A stretch of DNA of 64,000 nt from Paragordius varius (Eukaryota; Animalia; Nematomorpha), in NCBI GenBank assembly GCA_964247055.1, contig OZ176054.1:9920001-9984000 (forward strand). The letters are read 5' to 3'. The stretch's first letter is position 1, and every line of letters begins with the position of its first letter. Under the pieces are notes generated by a model that made no database searches, was not told the origin of the DNA, and saw nothing but the letters and a program-made list of their open reading frames with translations. The position numbers and the translations under genes are program-made. Of the stretch, positions 13,738 to 27,518 are shown one piece after another.

Positions 13738-14989
13738 CTAAATGTTAAAATATAAAATTGGTAAGGATGTAAGTAATGCCCTACGTTTGTGTAAAGTTTA
13801 GCACGTAAATATTGGTATAATATTATATCGCACAGAGTTCACAAAAAATATCCTAATGAATTACAGACATAAATACATTTTTAATAGATCATTTTATGGT
13901 GCCCTTAGTTTCAACCTTACGATTTATATTAAAAGGTACCCGCTTTTGTATTAACGGCTCCATATAAGATGGCAAAATTCGCTGACATCATGCTTTATAA
14001 ATTTTTTATAATAAATGTTTTATCAGTGGTTCACATAAGGGAATATGGAAAAATCTAATATGGATGCAAGTTTGCATTAAGGCCTTTATTTAATTTAAAT
14101 TATAAAATTGGGTATTCATGTCAGATTGTAAAATCTCACATAGTGCATTTAATTATTTTTGTAAAATATCGGATAGCCAAAAGACAAATGTAAGATGATT
14201 TTAAATGTAAACAAATATGTAGTACATTAATTTGATTTCTTCTTCTTACCCATTCCTTGCGTATGAATTCACGCTTGTACTTATATATATATTGGATGAA
14301 TATGATTTAATAATTTTATTTAGAATAATTGGATATATATATATATTTAATTTGCAACACAATGAATAATTAATGTAAAATAATCAAATTATCTTATTCT
14401 AAACACACTTAAGCAATCCAAGCTGATTAATATATAATGTGAACGCGTGTTATGGTATCGGTTGGCCCAATTCGCTTTGGATACTAATATTTTTAATGAA
14501 CACAATGAGAAATACAATTTAATAATGCATCATAAACATATTTAATAGCTGTATTTTGAAATTAATTTATGATTTTCGAATAAAATAGGAGAAACTTATT
14601 AAAATTAATCTCATCCTTTAACTTGTATTTAAATTAAGGAAAAATTCTTATTAAATACTAATTTTAATTTATAAATGTCAAAATTTATAGCGGCCGATTA
14701 TATAAAATTGTATATTATGCCAAAAAATTGTATTTTACCAGTTTTTATGATGGTATAAGGTTAAATGCTACATAAAAAATGTATCATAAATTTATAAAAT
14801 AATGAATAACAGATCTATTTTTATCTAAATAAAATTCGTTTTTTCGAGACCACCAATTTATTAGGTATTTTCATAGGAAACTGTTTTATTCTTTACGACT
14901 TGTTCTTTTTAATAACGGTTTTCTGATTGAAATTATTAGTCGTTTAATTAATAGAAATCTGCGCAAAGTAGCTGATCAACTCAATTTGA

Positions 14990-16000
14990 TATATAGCCAT
15001 TTTGTTCATATGACTTCAAGCGGCAAATAGACAGAAGTTGTACTCGCTACCTCTTATTTTTATAATTTAATTATTATGTTGAATCGAGGTACGCTTTGCT
15101 TTTCTTATTCCATTAGAAAAAAGGCTGTTAAAAATTATGTTTGTAAAAACTAATGGTTAACATCATCCACCAATTATAATATGTAAAGCGTGGTCTTCGA
15201 AAATTATGTAATATTTAGGTGAAAGGAATGGGCGCTTTGGTAGACCACATAACTACCAATATATAGTGTGAGATGAACGATGGGTTAATTTACACCCAAA
15301 GGCAATATGCAGAAGCATTTAATTTATGATTAACAAACAGTCGGCACCTGGAATATTGGTAAAGATTAAACCTGTGAATGGTTTCCACATAATTTAAAGA
15401 TTATAAGAAAGTAACTTGCGAAATGCTGCTTTAAAGTCATGAAGAAAATTATTTTTGCATAAAATTGTGACGAATGAGAAGTGATTTTATTTAATATAGC
15501 GAAAAATGTGGATTACACCTTTCTAAGCCGATCCATCAAAGGCCCACTTGCTTCGCAAAAAGATCGTGTGCGGTGTTTGATGGGACCAGAACGGTGTTGG
15601 CTAAATTTTTAATCCAGTGAAACCAGTAATACACAACGCTATGGCCAGCAAATAATTATCCTAACCCATTCATTAATTGAAAAATCACCGGAATGAGCAC
15701 GAAAGAGATTGCATAGTTATTGGCTGCATGAAAATGCTTTGTCTCAAGCGGCGAAACCAGTATAAGACACCTAAAATTTGCTTTGATAGAAATTCTTTCA
15801 CATCTGCTGTACTATTCTTTAGCGCTATATGACTTTGCGTCTGCACACCATGAAGAACACTTCCAGAGCAGTGCCTCAATGAGAAAACATTGGATAATTG
15901 GACGAATGGTTTGCCGCAAACAATATTTTTTTTCGCTCGAATTCATTATTACCTGATTAGCAAATGGTACACAAGCGCTATTATTATGCAAAATTAAATA
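14990..16000 (+). pseudogene. Mariner (Tc1/mariner DD34D-type) transposase relic
   Basis: Decayed matches to W(F/V)PH, VTCEMLL, FLHKIVT.EK, WDQNGV, LHENA, LDEWFAA in mariner order. Confidence 0.85.
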
Positions 16001-16440
16001 ACCGAAAACTAGTAGTATATGATTAATGTTATAAGAAAATAACTATTTATATCAATATAGTTAATTTTATAATAGTAAACACAAGGTAGTAAATACAATA
16101 AATTTTATGACATATTGATTATGTTACTTGGTTTAATTCAATCGCAGCATAATTGGATAGGTATATTTCAACTAACTATAATTATAAATGCGGCCAAATT
16201 AAATGTGTTGGGCATTAATTTTTAGAACAAAATCGGGTAAAAGGAATATACATTATAGAATGGTCCTATAAAAAGATCTTTATATAACCAAACTCTTCAT
16301 TTTTTAGTAATGGTAATTTTACATTTGAAAAGGATTTTTGACATTATATGTCATAAAACAGGTGTCAATTTATTGAAAATATCCTACGCATATGCTGTAA
16401 TTGGTAACTACTCAAATAATATATTTTTTTTATTCCTTAC

Positions 16441-16503
16441 CAATTGGGGATCTTTCCTCCTCATTGTTGACAGGAATATTGATGTTTAAACGCCGTTTAT
16501 TAG
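16441..16503 (-). CDS. 63-nt internal exon, copy P1 (TNKRRLNINIPVNNEEERSPI)
   Basis: tttag|CT...ATTG|gtaagg, phase 1-1. Joins flanking exons in frame. Paralog at 44400-44468. Confidence 0.75.
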
Positions 16504-17182
16504 CTAAAAATTTAATAATATTTTAAAAACATAGAAAAAATTTTAAAATAATTGCTTTGATACAAAAACTTTATCATAAAATTACAATACAGACCAAAAT
16601 TATATATTAAAGAAAAATATTTTTATAGACTCGATAAAAATAATAGTAACGAAACTCCAATTTAAGTTATCGTGTTATATTAAACTTTGCCTTTAACAAT
16701 TTTATATAAGCATAGAAAGCATATTAATAAAATTTTATTATAACAAATATTTTTGTTTGAAAAGACAACTATCTCTTAACCTTAATCTTAAAATAATATT
16801 GGGAAAATGGTTTTTTGACTAAAGGTTGAATTTTTGAGAAATTGTTTCAAATGACTGGAAATATTTAAGGAAGATGTTAGATTTAGGTAGATAGCGCTTT
16901 AATAGGCTCAAGTAAAAAAAATAAGATATTTTTTAGATAAATATTCCTTAAAATATCCCTTTCTTCTACTACCTTATACAAGTTTAACAAAAAAATTTTG
17001 AGAAAATATATATGTTTTTTGATAGGTGATTAATGAAAATTTTTTAATTTAGCTTACGAGTGATTTAAGGTAATTTACACTTTGTGTTGTACTTCATATC
17101 ATAAAAGCAAAATATGCGCACATTTGCCAAATAAATTTTTTGGTAAAGCTAAATGCTTCATTTTAAAAAATAAAATTATATA

Positions 17183-18430
17183 CACTGTGTGGAAAAATTT
17201 TTTTTTTTCATGAGATAGCTTATGACCAGCGTATTCATTTGCCGCAAAATTTTTTATTTGTTGACAACCTAGTTTTTGAAATATTGAGAGAAAATCGAAA
17301 TCGGGCAAAAAGTGAAAATTAAGGATAATTAAGGATAATTTAAAAAATAATGATAAAATCTGATATATTATCGTTTATTATTATTTTAGGAGATATTTTA
17401 AATATATAAATAGCCTAAAATAATATAGTTAGGGTTCTATAAAATTTCAGGTCAAAAGATGGCGTTTTTCTTTTATCACAATTAAACGACAAAAAAATTA
17501 AATGAAACTATATTAAAATAATTTTATTATTTGCTACCTAAACTCATATTATAATCTTAACATTCATACTTTATTCAGGAAAATAAACTTCTATATCAAA
17601 ATAAAACCAAAAATATTTTTTTATTTTTGCATTTTTTTGTCATCTGGTTTATGAAAGTATAAAAATTTATAATGTTTTATTTTGGATTCTTACATAAGTG
17701 GGAATCATTAAGTATGTAATTTATGCAAAATTGAAAATTAGTGGAATATCAACCAACAATCCGTACAAATCCCAATACAAATATTAATTTGTCATAAAAC
17801 AGACTTGTTACATGAAATTGTAAGGATTGTTGGTTGATATTCCACTACTTTTAAATCCTATTTCGCATAAATTATATACTTAATAATTTCTAATCATGTA
17901 AGAATCCAAAATAAAACAGTATAAATTTTTTATACACTCATAAACCAGATGACAAAAAAATGCAAAAATAAAAAACAATTTTTGGTTTAATTTTGATTTA
18001 GAAGTTTTTTTACTAAATAAAATATGAATGTCAAGAATTTAATAGTGAATTCAGGTAGTAAACAATTAAACAAATTATTTTATAGTTGTTTTGAAATTTT
18101 TTGTCTTTTAGGTGTGATAAAAGAAAAACGCCATCTTTTGACCTTAAATTTTATAGAAACCCTAACAATATGATTTTAGGCTAGTTATGTAAAAATATCT
18201 CCTAAAATGATAATAAACAATAATATTTCAGATTTTATCATTATTTTTTGAAATATCCTTAAATATCCTTAATTTTCACTTTTTGCCCGATTTCGTTTTT
18301 CACTCAAAATTTCAAAAACTAGGTTGTCAACAAATAAAAATTTTTGCGGCAAATGAATACGCTGGTCATAAGCTATCTCATGAAAAAAAAATTTTTCGTT
18401 AAATCAAAATAACCCTCTTTACACGTGTAT
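17183..18430. mobile_element. About 1.2-kb near-perfect palindrome (foldback element)
   Basis: Arms ~17190-17770 and ~17818-18397 are reverse complements (e.g. CATGAGATAGCTTATGACCAGCGTATTCATTTGCCGC). Loop is about 45 bp. Possible TA|CAC ends. Confidence 0.85.
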
Positions 18431-19396
18431 ATAATAAAATACCTATGAAAAGCGCGAAACAATATTTATGGGCCTAAAAATTCAAAAATTGTCACTTTCA
18501 AACGGGCTAGTTTAAAAATAAAGACAAAAATGCCGAGATTGCGCTATAAAAATTAATATATGCTGGAATATGACATAAAAATAAAAAATAGATATTTTGC
18601 TTAAAAATTTAATTAATAGCGAATGTTGTAGCAGAATTATGGTAAGCATGGTGGCGTCAATATAAACAGCTCATTAAAATTAGATGCTGAAGAGTTTTAT
18701 GACCTCAGAATTTAAATTTAAAGTTTGTCTGTTTTGAGTTTGTAAAAAAACAATTTATAAACCTAAATTTTCAGACTACAGAATATAATAATCAAAATTC
18801 TGAAGTGATAATTCCGCTTCATTGAATTACATAATAAAATTAATTAAATCTTAAAGCATTTTATGCCTATTCCAATGCCTCAAAACAATATAAAATGCAC
18901 AACAAATTTTCGCTAATTATATGTTTTTTTAAAAAATGCATTTTTTAGAAAAACCGTTTTTTTATGTCAAATAAAATCTCATCTGGATCCTTGCCTTAAG
19001 AACTCTAGCCCATTATAGAAGATAGAAAAAATTTATTGGCCCACATCTAAAAATAATTTCATATAAATATAATATTTGGATTGAAGGATTCAGCTTTCAA
19101 TATATAAAGTTGGCAAGATGTACAAGTTCTACCATTGATATGGAGCAGGTACCACAAAGGTTTAAATTGTTAACTACGTAAGGGCCAAAACCAAATTTAT
19201 TACAATATTCCTGTTATATTTATTTTCTTATCACAATATATATATATATATTAATAAATATTTTCCCAAGATATTTTATACTCCCGATTTTGAGCGCAAT
19301 CACTTTTGTGAATTTTTTGATAATTTTACGATTGAGTGGACTTATAAAATATTTTTGCTATAAGATTAAATAATTTTTGCATTTTATTTATATATA

Positions 19397-20573
19397 ACAT
19401 TTCCTAGTGAAAAACGTTTTCCCAGTCATTCGAAACATTTTCCCAATCAATCAAAAGGTTTTTCAGTCAATCGAAACGTTTAACCAGTCAAACGTAACAT
19501 TTTCCCAGTCAAACGTAACATTTTCCTAGTCAATAGAAACATATTCCCAATCAACGGTTTTATTTTTGATGAAATATCAAAACAAAATATAAAAATATTT
19601 AACCATAATCAGCGTAATATTAGGATATTATTTTTTTATAAAAATACATTTTTTGAATAACAGTTTTTCCAATTATCTTCCAATGCACAATAATTATTTT
19701 TTTATGTTATCATGGTTTCTATTTGTATTCATGGCTAAATTTATAAAATTTATAGTTACGGACATTTTTGTCTCAAATTGGTTATTTATTGCTTCAAATT
19801 GGATCTTAAATATCTGCATTTTTTAATTTATATAATGTTTTATCCTTTAGTCCAGGGGTGTCAGGCCCTAAGAGCTGCGGCCCGCGCAAAATTTGGAAAT
19901 CTATATGTAAAAATAGCCCATAATATCTTAGTAAAATTAATATTTCTTACGCAATTTTTCTGAAGAAGTCTATTTGGCAACGAACTTAAAAAAATTGTTA
20001 GATTGTGTTTGCATTTTACAGTCTTATGTGTAAACGATTAAATTATTTTTATTCGAATGCGGACCGTGCATAGTTAAGGGTGCGGCCTGCAATGCCATGT
20101 TTGGACAAATTAAATATTTTTCCGACGGTATTTTTATCGACAACATGTTTAAAACACGATTTAAAGCGTTAAAAGACCAATTTGAGATAAAAATGGTATA
20201 TTTTTATAAATTTTATTATTTCATCCGTAACTATATATTTTATAGGATAGTCACTAATATTAATGCGAACAATCAATAAAATAAAAAAAATATTAATTAT
20301 TTTCTTAAAAATAGTCAAACATAAAATGTAACTTTTATGAATAAGTCATTAATGATTGTGCATTGGAATATAATTGGATAACCTGTTTTTCAAAAAATAT
20401 GTTTTTATAAATAAATAACATCCTAATACAACGCTGATTATGGTTAAAAGCTATTTTTTATCATGTATTAATTTTTATCATCAAAAACAAAACCGATTTT
20501 ATTGACTGCCAAAACGTTTTTTTTGTTTGGGAAAAGGTTTCGATGACTGGAAAAACGTTTTTTAGGGAAATGG
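19397..20573. mobile_element. Composite foldback element with ~21-bp subterminal repeats and a central hAT-type MITE (19853-~20106)
   Basis: Long inverted arms with TTTTCCCAGTCAATCGAAACG repeats and right end GGAAATGG|TA. Second copy at 49629-50859 in the opposite orientation. Confidence 0.75.
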
Positions 20574-20699
20574 TATATTTTAGAATATTATTATTTAATT
20601 ATCAATAATTTCATTTATTTTAAATATGTTTTCTTATGTTTTTTGATATTTTTATTCTGATAGACTAAAATATAGTTTAAGGTTGTAGATAAAAAGAAC

Positions 20700-20869
20700 T
20701 TGATCGACCAGAGGGTCTGTTTGATCCCGCAGAACCCCCTTCTCTTCTCGGTGTTCCAGATTCTAACTTGGCTGAAGAGCTGCTACTTTTTACCGGACCA
20801 GTTGACCCACGAACCCCTGAGGATGTCTTTGCCGCCGTACTTCCCGTTCCTCTTCTAATCCGTGGTAAT
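20700..20869 (-). CDS. Ser/Gly/Arg-rich exon, copy P1 (LPRIRRGTGSTAAKTSSGVRGS...SGRS)
   Basis: Open frame with synonymous divergence from paralog 45994-46166. Conserved TCAA|gt phase-1 donor. The 5' end is either a phase-2 acceptor (gag|A) or the ATG at 20874. Confidence 0.75.
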
Positions 20870-21899
20870 CTCATAAACAAAATTAATTTAGCGTAGATAA
20901 TTGCCATTACTCCTAATTACATTAGCCAATAATTTTATATCACACATGGCGCATAGGAACACCACATGCTGTTTAATTCAAAAGCGAAAAGCTTTCATTG
21001 TTAAAATTTATAATATATATGTAAAAAAGCACATACTTCTGAGCAATCATGACAAAGTTTTCATCCTATAATAAATAAATTAAATACTAAAAAAATAATA
21101 TATAAGTGTGCCAAATATCTAAATAAGCCAGTAAAAAAATGTCATTATGGGGTTTAATCGTTTTTACACCCGTTTTAAACACATTTATAAACGAATACAA
21201 CCTATTTACATGACAAAATTAACTATTGTACTTAAGTAAAAATGCGCAATACATATATATATTTATAGCGTTATGTAACGATTAAAAAGAAAGCTTATAA
21301 ATCATTTAACGCTCTGTTATATTACATATTCCTTATACTTTAATCAGAACTATTGCACACAATATAATATGTACATATTTTAATAAATGCATTGTGATAG
21401 CTTTTCATATATAGGAAAATTGAAAATTAAAACCTCATTTATATAGATTATTCGGCCAACTCTTTGCCACAATCTTATTGATACTAAGATTAACCATAGA
21501 TATAATGGTTTATACTAGGTTATTATCTTTTCACCATGATGAAAGTAAAGACATGTTTAAACACTCTATATCAGGGACCAAACGTTCGACTGCGGTCTAC
21601 TTCGTGACCGCCCGAAAATTTAAAAATGCAAATTGGTATAAATTTTTCTCCACAAAATTTTATTTCATTTTCCTTAAAATTTACTTGTAAAATAAATTTA
21701 TGTTTAATTAGGTTAATTTATTATTTTAAATATATTTGCGATTTCCTAGAAAAATTTAAATTTAGCAAAAAAACAAAAGCAGGTAGACTTCAAACTTATA
21801 TTTTAGTATGCTTAAAAATTCAAGCCAGAAAAAGGGTAAAATTTATCATTATAGAAATGATGAGAAGAAGATTTTATTTTATAATTAAATGCTAAATAT

Positions 21900-22450
21900 A
21901 CTTGTCTGATATACAATACCGTGGCTTTACCTAAAAAAGCAAATGTTCAAAAAATTTTATACTCTTCAGATGAAATATCAATAATACAATTCAGATATTC
22001 GCAAATCAAAGATCAAGCTATTGATTGGTCATAATCTCAGAAACTATGCATTGTGAAATACCAAACATAAAAAAATCCATAACTGCAAGTTACAAAATCA
22101 TAAATCCTAAAAGCAACAAATATTTTTAAAGGAACTTTAAAACCTTAGAAGTGCTGTTAAATTATGAAGACAAAAAAATATTATTGAACCAATAAAAAGC
22201 TTAGCAACAGAATTATGCGGAGAGGTGATGATCTTAATTAGGTCCTTACCGAAATTTTACATATTTTAAGTTTCAGACATCAAACTCTAAATATGCTTCA
22301 AATCACTGTTTTTAATTGATTTGCAGTGTACAATTTTTCTAAGATATCGCATCAAAAAGCAAGATCAAGAAGCGATTTTAGATCTTTCACTTGTGGATTT
22401 GAATAATTTTTCTTCTGTAAAATAGATATATTCGTAGTAAAATTGTTATC
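21900..22450 (+). pseudogene. Possible heavily decayed Ac/hobo-like hAT transposase fragment
   Basis: Fragments IIEPIKSLATELCGE and AILDL resemble the hAT L.PF...T..LSGE and A..LDPR regions. Very degenerate. Confidence 0.3.
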
Positions 22451-23029
22451 TTTTTATAAATGCAGCACGCCATGACCATCTTATCTGTATTCAATATGTC
22501 AACCCAATAGCCAAACTCAAAACTGCGGCGTCACACTATTTCAGACAAGTAGCTTGCATATCTGGCGCCTCCTCCCTCTTCATGCAACCCGTTGCATTTT
22601 AAAAAAATAATAAAAAAACTATCGGGACGAAATGTGGCCCGTCATGAACAGAACCAGAAAAAACATGCATAAACAACATATTCCATGTATGAGTAATTCA
22701 AAAAATATTCTGCGCGAAAATTGCGACTTAGTTAAATATAATTGTTGTATAAAAATATTACTGCATTTGAATGCCCCCGACTATTTTTTGGAATATGGCT
22801 TGCTTCTTAAAAAGAGTGGCTTAAGTATTAAAAACATCAAATAAAATGTCACAAAAGTTTAATATAAATCATGAAAACTCCATCCCTAGGTACAAAAATA
22901 GGAGTATTATTATTAAAAATAGGCCACATCGATTGAATAAATGGCAGATGGTACCATTTTATTTCTTAAATCATTTTTAGTTTGTGGACTCCCTATAGTA
23001 TTTTAATTTAGGGCTTTTATTGTATGGCT

Positions 23030-23260
23030 ATTGTCGAAAAATATTGAGGCACCGTTGTTAGAGAGAGGTGTTATTTTCAGATTTTCGAAAAATGCGGCCC
23101 TGTTGTTGGACAGAGATGTTGTTAAATTATTTATATCTAAAGATTTTGTCCCTTTGTTGGGCAGAGGTGTTGTGTCTGAAGGTGTTATTGTCAGATTACG
23201 AATCTGAAAATATTAGGCCGCCGTTGTTTGGCAGTAAAGTGGAATTGGTATTATGATTAT
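23030..23260 (-). repeat. Degenerate ~50-bp tandem repeat, possibly coding (TPLSNNG-like units)
   Basis: Minus frame IRNLTITPSDTTPLPNKGTKSLDINNLTTSLSNNRAAFFENLKITPLSNNGASIFFD. A fourth unit (TLLPNNGGLIF) is in another frame. Confidence 0.4.
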
Positions 23261-24399
23261 CAGCATTTTGCAAATATCATTGAAACCTTTCTCTCAATTT
23301 TTGTGCAGTATAGTTTTCTTTCAATTTTTTTTATTTTGAGAACCGCTAATAGGCATTCCCGATAATTACTATAAAAGGGAATTTTTTCTTATTTGAGCTA
23401 TTATCCTATTCTACCCTTCGGGATATTACAAACGAACGATTGGAATAAAACTTAAATAAGCTTTAATATAGTAAAAAACAGGAAGTTAAAACGGAACCGA
23501 TTTAGGGTCCGGTTCCAAGTCAGTTTCTTGTGATTTCGGTTTCTGTTCCATTTTTTGATGAAGACTAGTTCGACTATATTATGATTAAAATATTATTTCT
23601 TCTTTTTTTGAGGCAATAGATTTACAAATTATAAAAACGGCAATGAAAAAAACATTCTAATTGTTTAACCGGTTTAAACGTAACTCTAATTCACTTATCA
23701 ATATTGATTAATAAAATATATCTGATGGTCATATGTTAAAATACATTAAGCCATGTTGCTCATAAGTTATATTAAAAATACTTGAGAATCGATGCATCTT
23801 AATGAATATAATCATATTTAATTTCTCTCTAATGAATAATGTAAATAAAAAAAAACATTTTAAATTCAAGAAGAAAAGAAAGCTACCGAGAAACAAAAAA
23901 ATGTTTATAAGGGAAACGAAAAAAGGAAAAAGGAAAAAAAGCACGGCATAAAGTATGTAGATAGTACACCATGCCCTAAATTGGGAAAGTAAAAATAAAC
24001 AACATTTTTTTGGAATTTGATTTTTTATATAGTTTTATAGTTAAAGATCGACATAATGGGTGTCATTGAGCAAGCAATATATATATATATATATAATATT
24101 GAAAATAATATCAATGATATTATCCTTATATTTTGGTGATTTGAAAATATTTGGAGGTAGGTTCAATTTTAATATTTTATGACATAAAATAAAAATTTTT
24201 AAAATCCGGCGCCCCTTCAACTATGGCCCAGGTGCATAACCCTCCTTTCCCAACTATATTCCGTTTTATCACTATGCTATAAAATTTCGGCTTTTACATT
24301 TTGATAATTGATAATATTTTTAAATAATGATATAAACTAGGATTTCATTTTAAAATCCAATACAAGTTGGCGGTAGATAGGTAAAGATCATTATTTAAT

Positions 24400-24960
24400 T
24401 TTATATAATGATTAATAAGGCTATGTAAAATTTGTCCGATACATCTCTAAATATCGCCCAGATAGAGCACAAACCCAAATGACAATAAAAATTTATTTAA
24501 TATTTATATTAGCAGATTATAATAAAACTCCAACAAAAATAGTGTTATTGCAACTTTAATATATTATGGTACCAAAAGTAAATCATTTTTGCTTTTATAT
24601 CTATTAATCACATCTAGCCTTTTACAGTATCGGGTAATTATTTGAAAGCTCTCAGATTCAAAGTAAATATTTGATCCCTGTACTTTCACTGTTTAAATTT
24701 AATTTTTAAAAAAACTATTATCCTGCATCAATTATTTTTATGACCTTAATTATTATATACCTAGATATAACACTCAAATTGAATATTAAAAAAATTGAAA
24801 TCGTTATAATATATATAATTTGAATGGAATGTATCAATGTATATGGCCTATGTAACCTAGATAATGACAAAACGTCATTTGATAAGTTGAATTTGTTAAA
24901 TCCGAGTTCATGGTTAATGTAAATATTATTAAGATTAGCCAGTTATTATGTGCTTATATT
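24400..24960 (-). pseudogene. Possible degenerate P1 paralog of the middle exons (54194-54997)
   Basis: FNLSNDVLSL (vs YNLFDYDRLSL). IYFESES + 12 codons + GT (vs IFLELES + 12 codons + gt). GLC...DVS...YI (vs GNC...DIT...YI). Weak, by-eye alignment only. Confidence 0.3.
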
Positions 24961-27518
24961 TGTATTATAATAATATAAATATCATCATCCCAAAAAAACT
25001 ATGATAGAAAGAATGTTGAAAATTGCATTGCTGCACATTATTGACTTTATTGACTTTTGGATTAATTTTTATCTAAAATATATGACTGAGAAGTAATTAA
25101 GATCCATCATGATGTATAAAACTAACTGCAAATAAACTAATTGATGTAATATTCGGTATTATTTAACAATTTATGAATTCAAATTAATTGACAAATTTCA
25201 TATTGCAAAAAACCAATTGACATAGAAATATTTGATAATTATCATTACCATTTTAATAACACTAGACAACAAATTTTTCTGCCACTCGAGTTTTTGGCAT
25301 TTTCCGATATTTACAATCATTTTAACAGTAAATGTGAAATAAAAATTATGATTCCACCTAAGAATTTTGTAATCTGATTTAAAATTTTACTAATAAAAGT
25401 TTTTCTTTGAAAATATACAACGAATGCCCATTTGTAATGTATCATTAAAAAAAGTTATTAAAACTCCATAAAATGCATGCTAATATGTTTTACATCGATG
25501 GTTAATATTGGACGTAGGAAGCGACAAACCCCCGAAACGAGAGCGTTTTTCTTAATTAATATTTTTTAAAACCAATGGATGATAGCTAAAACTCGCTTAT
25601 GTATTTTAGGCCATTCAAAACAGCTATTTTTAAGTTTTTTGTTTTTTAAAAAATTACCATCTCATCAATATTAGTTTTTTGTAGAGGCTTATAATTCGAA
25701 ATTTCAAAGTCCGTAAACAAAGTTTAAGGTATTTTTCTTTTAACGATTATGTAATAAATTTACAATTACTCCCTAGGTAAAATAATTTTGATACTAATAA
25801 TTTTTATTAAAAAAGCAAACCAAAAGCTTTTTCAAAGACTTCTTTAAATTTTTTACTAATTTAACCCTAATAATTATATTAAAATAATTTATATGATTTT
25901 TAAATTTTGTGGCTGAAAATATTTGACTTATTTAAGGGTGAAAATTTTTAACCATATAAATCCAAATAACTTTTACATCGCATTGAGCTCTTTCGATTGA
26001 TATAAAATACATGGTTCTATATCTAAAATTTTAAGTTTAATGTTAAATCGAGGACAAAAAATAAACACTAATTAAAAAATTTCTTAGGTGTTAGAGCAAT
26101 TTATTTCAAATATACTATTTATGTAATTTAATGAAAATTTTAAATTTACAAGAATGGCAGTAAAAAAAATTGTTCAAACGGTAATGGTATATCAATTTGC
26201 AATTTCCTCAAAATACCTTTAAATACTGCAGATTCAGCCTTAAACATTCGAAATTCCCAAAATAACTTGTATATTTTAAAATAAAAAAATTATATTTTTT
26301 GCATATAAAACAAATGAAAAATACATGAACGTCACAATTAATAAATTTACCCTAAAATTTTAATTTTAGGGGTTAGGGTAATTATGAAGTCGAGAATGAA
26401 TTTGAGGCGTACCTCGTGTAAAATTTTTAAAATAAGAAATTTATATATTGAAAATATAATGATTTTATTAATTAGTGAAGATTGTTATGACAATATAGCA
26501 TTAATAAATTATTCATTCATATAGTCCAAATTTAAATTTAATAAAAATAAACTTAAAGTATTATTTACACAATATGAGTATATACATTTATTATTTTATT
26601 TATACTAAAATCATATTAATATTAAAAATTCTACTTTTACCGTTTAAGCGCCGAAATTATATTTTTTTGAAAATAGTTATAAAACTAACCAATCAAAATT
26701 TCGTTTAATAATAAGTTGAAGTAATCAATATAACTATAAACTTATTACTTCATTCATATGAATGGAAGAATTTATGATTGCTAAATGATATAATACGATC
26801 GAGAACAAGATATGGAAATAATTCATAATAGTATTTTTGATAAAAAGTTAAAAATAAAATTTATTGAAATCTTGAACTAATCTTATAACATTAAATTTCA
26901 TTAATCATATCATATATGTACATGTTTCAATAACAGCTAGGTTCAAGGGTATCAATGATTATATAAAATAATTATATTATGTTTGTTAAGGAGCCAATGC
27001 TCTCTTTGTCAAAAAAATTGAATCTTTTTTACAAAGTTGGTTTTTTTAAATTACATATATTACATGTTAAAAGCGTTTTATTAATATACTGTGATTAATT
27101 GCTGATTGATCGACTCTTTTACATATGCATATAAAGGACCTTTTAATAAATTAATTTTCATCAAAGAATTACCCACCCTCCGATAATTCTGTTAAACTTA
27201 AGTAATCCAAATATGAATACAGTCAAATTTTTTGAAACTTGTCGTGATATGCGTATTCCATCCTAGTATTAGCATATTTTTGTCAAAAACATCTCTTTTA
27301 AATATAAATCAACCGTTTTAGCGCATGTATATTTTGAAAATCTTACAAAAATGAAGTATCTACATTTTAGAAATATACTTCTGTACCTATATGTTAATAG
27401 AAGAGGTCCGCTACTGCGAAGCCTAAAAGAATGAGGGCATCTGCAACGATATTTAAATCAGACTGATGCATAAGTCTGGTGTGACGCTTTTTTATAACGC
27501 TATTTTATTATATATCAG

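Noticed and set aside
20690-20890. Open plus-strand frame (ELDRPEGLFDPAEPPSLLGVPD...) also conserved at 45990-46170
   Set aside because: It shares third codon positions with the minus frame, so conservation is a shadow. Only the minus strand has matching splice sites and phases.
23729-23944. Hydrophobic ORF as the missing transmembrane exon
   Set aside because: The Phe/Leu richness comes from poly-A tracts; no paralog in copy P2 and no suitable splice sites.
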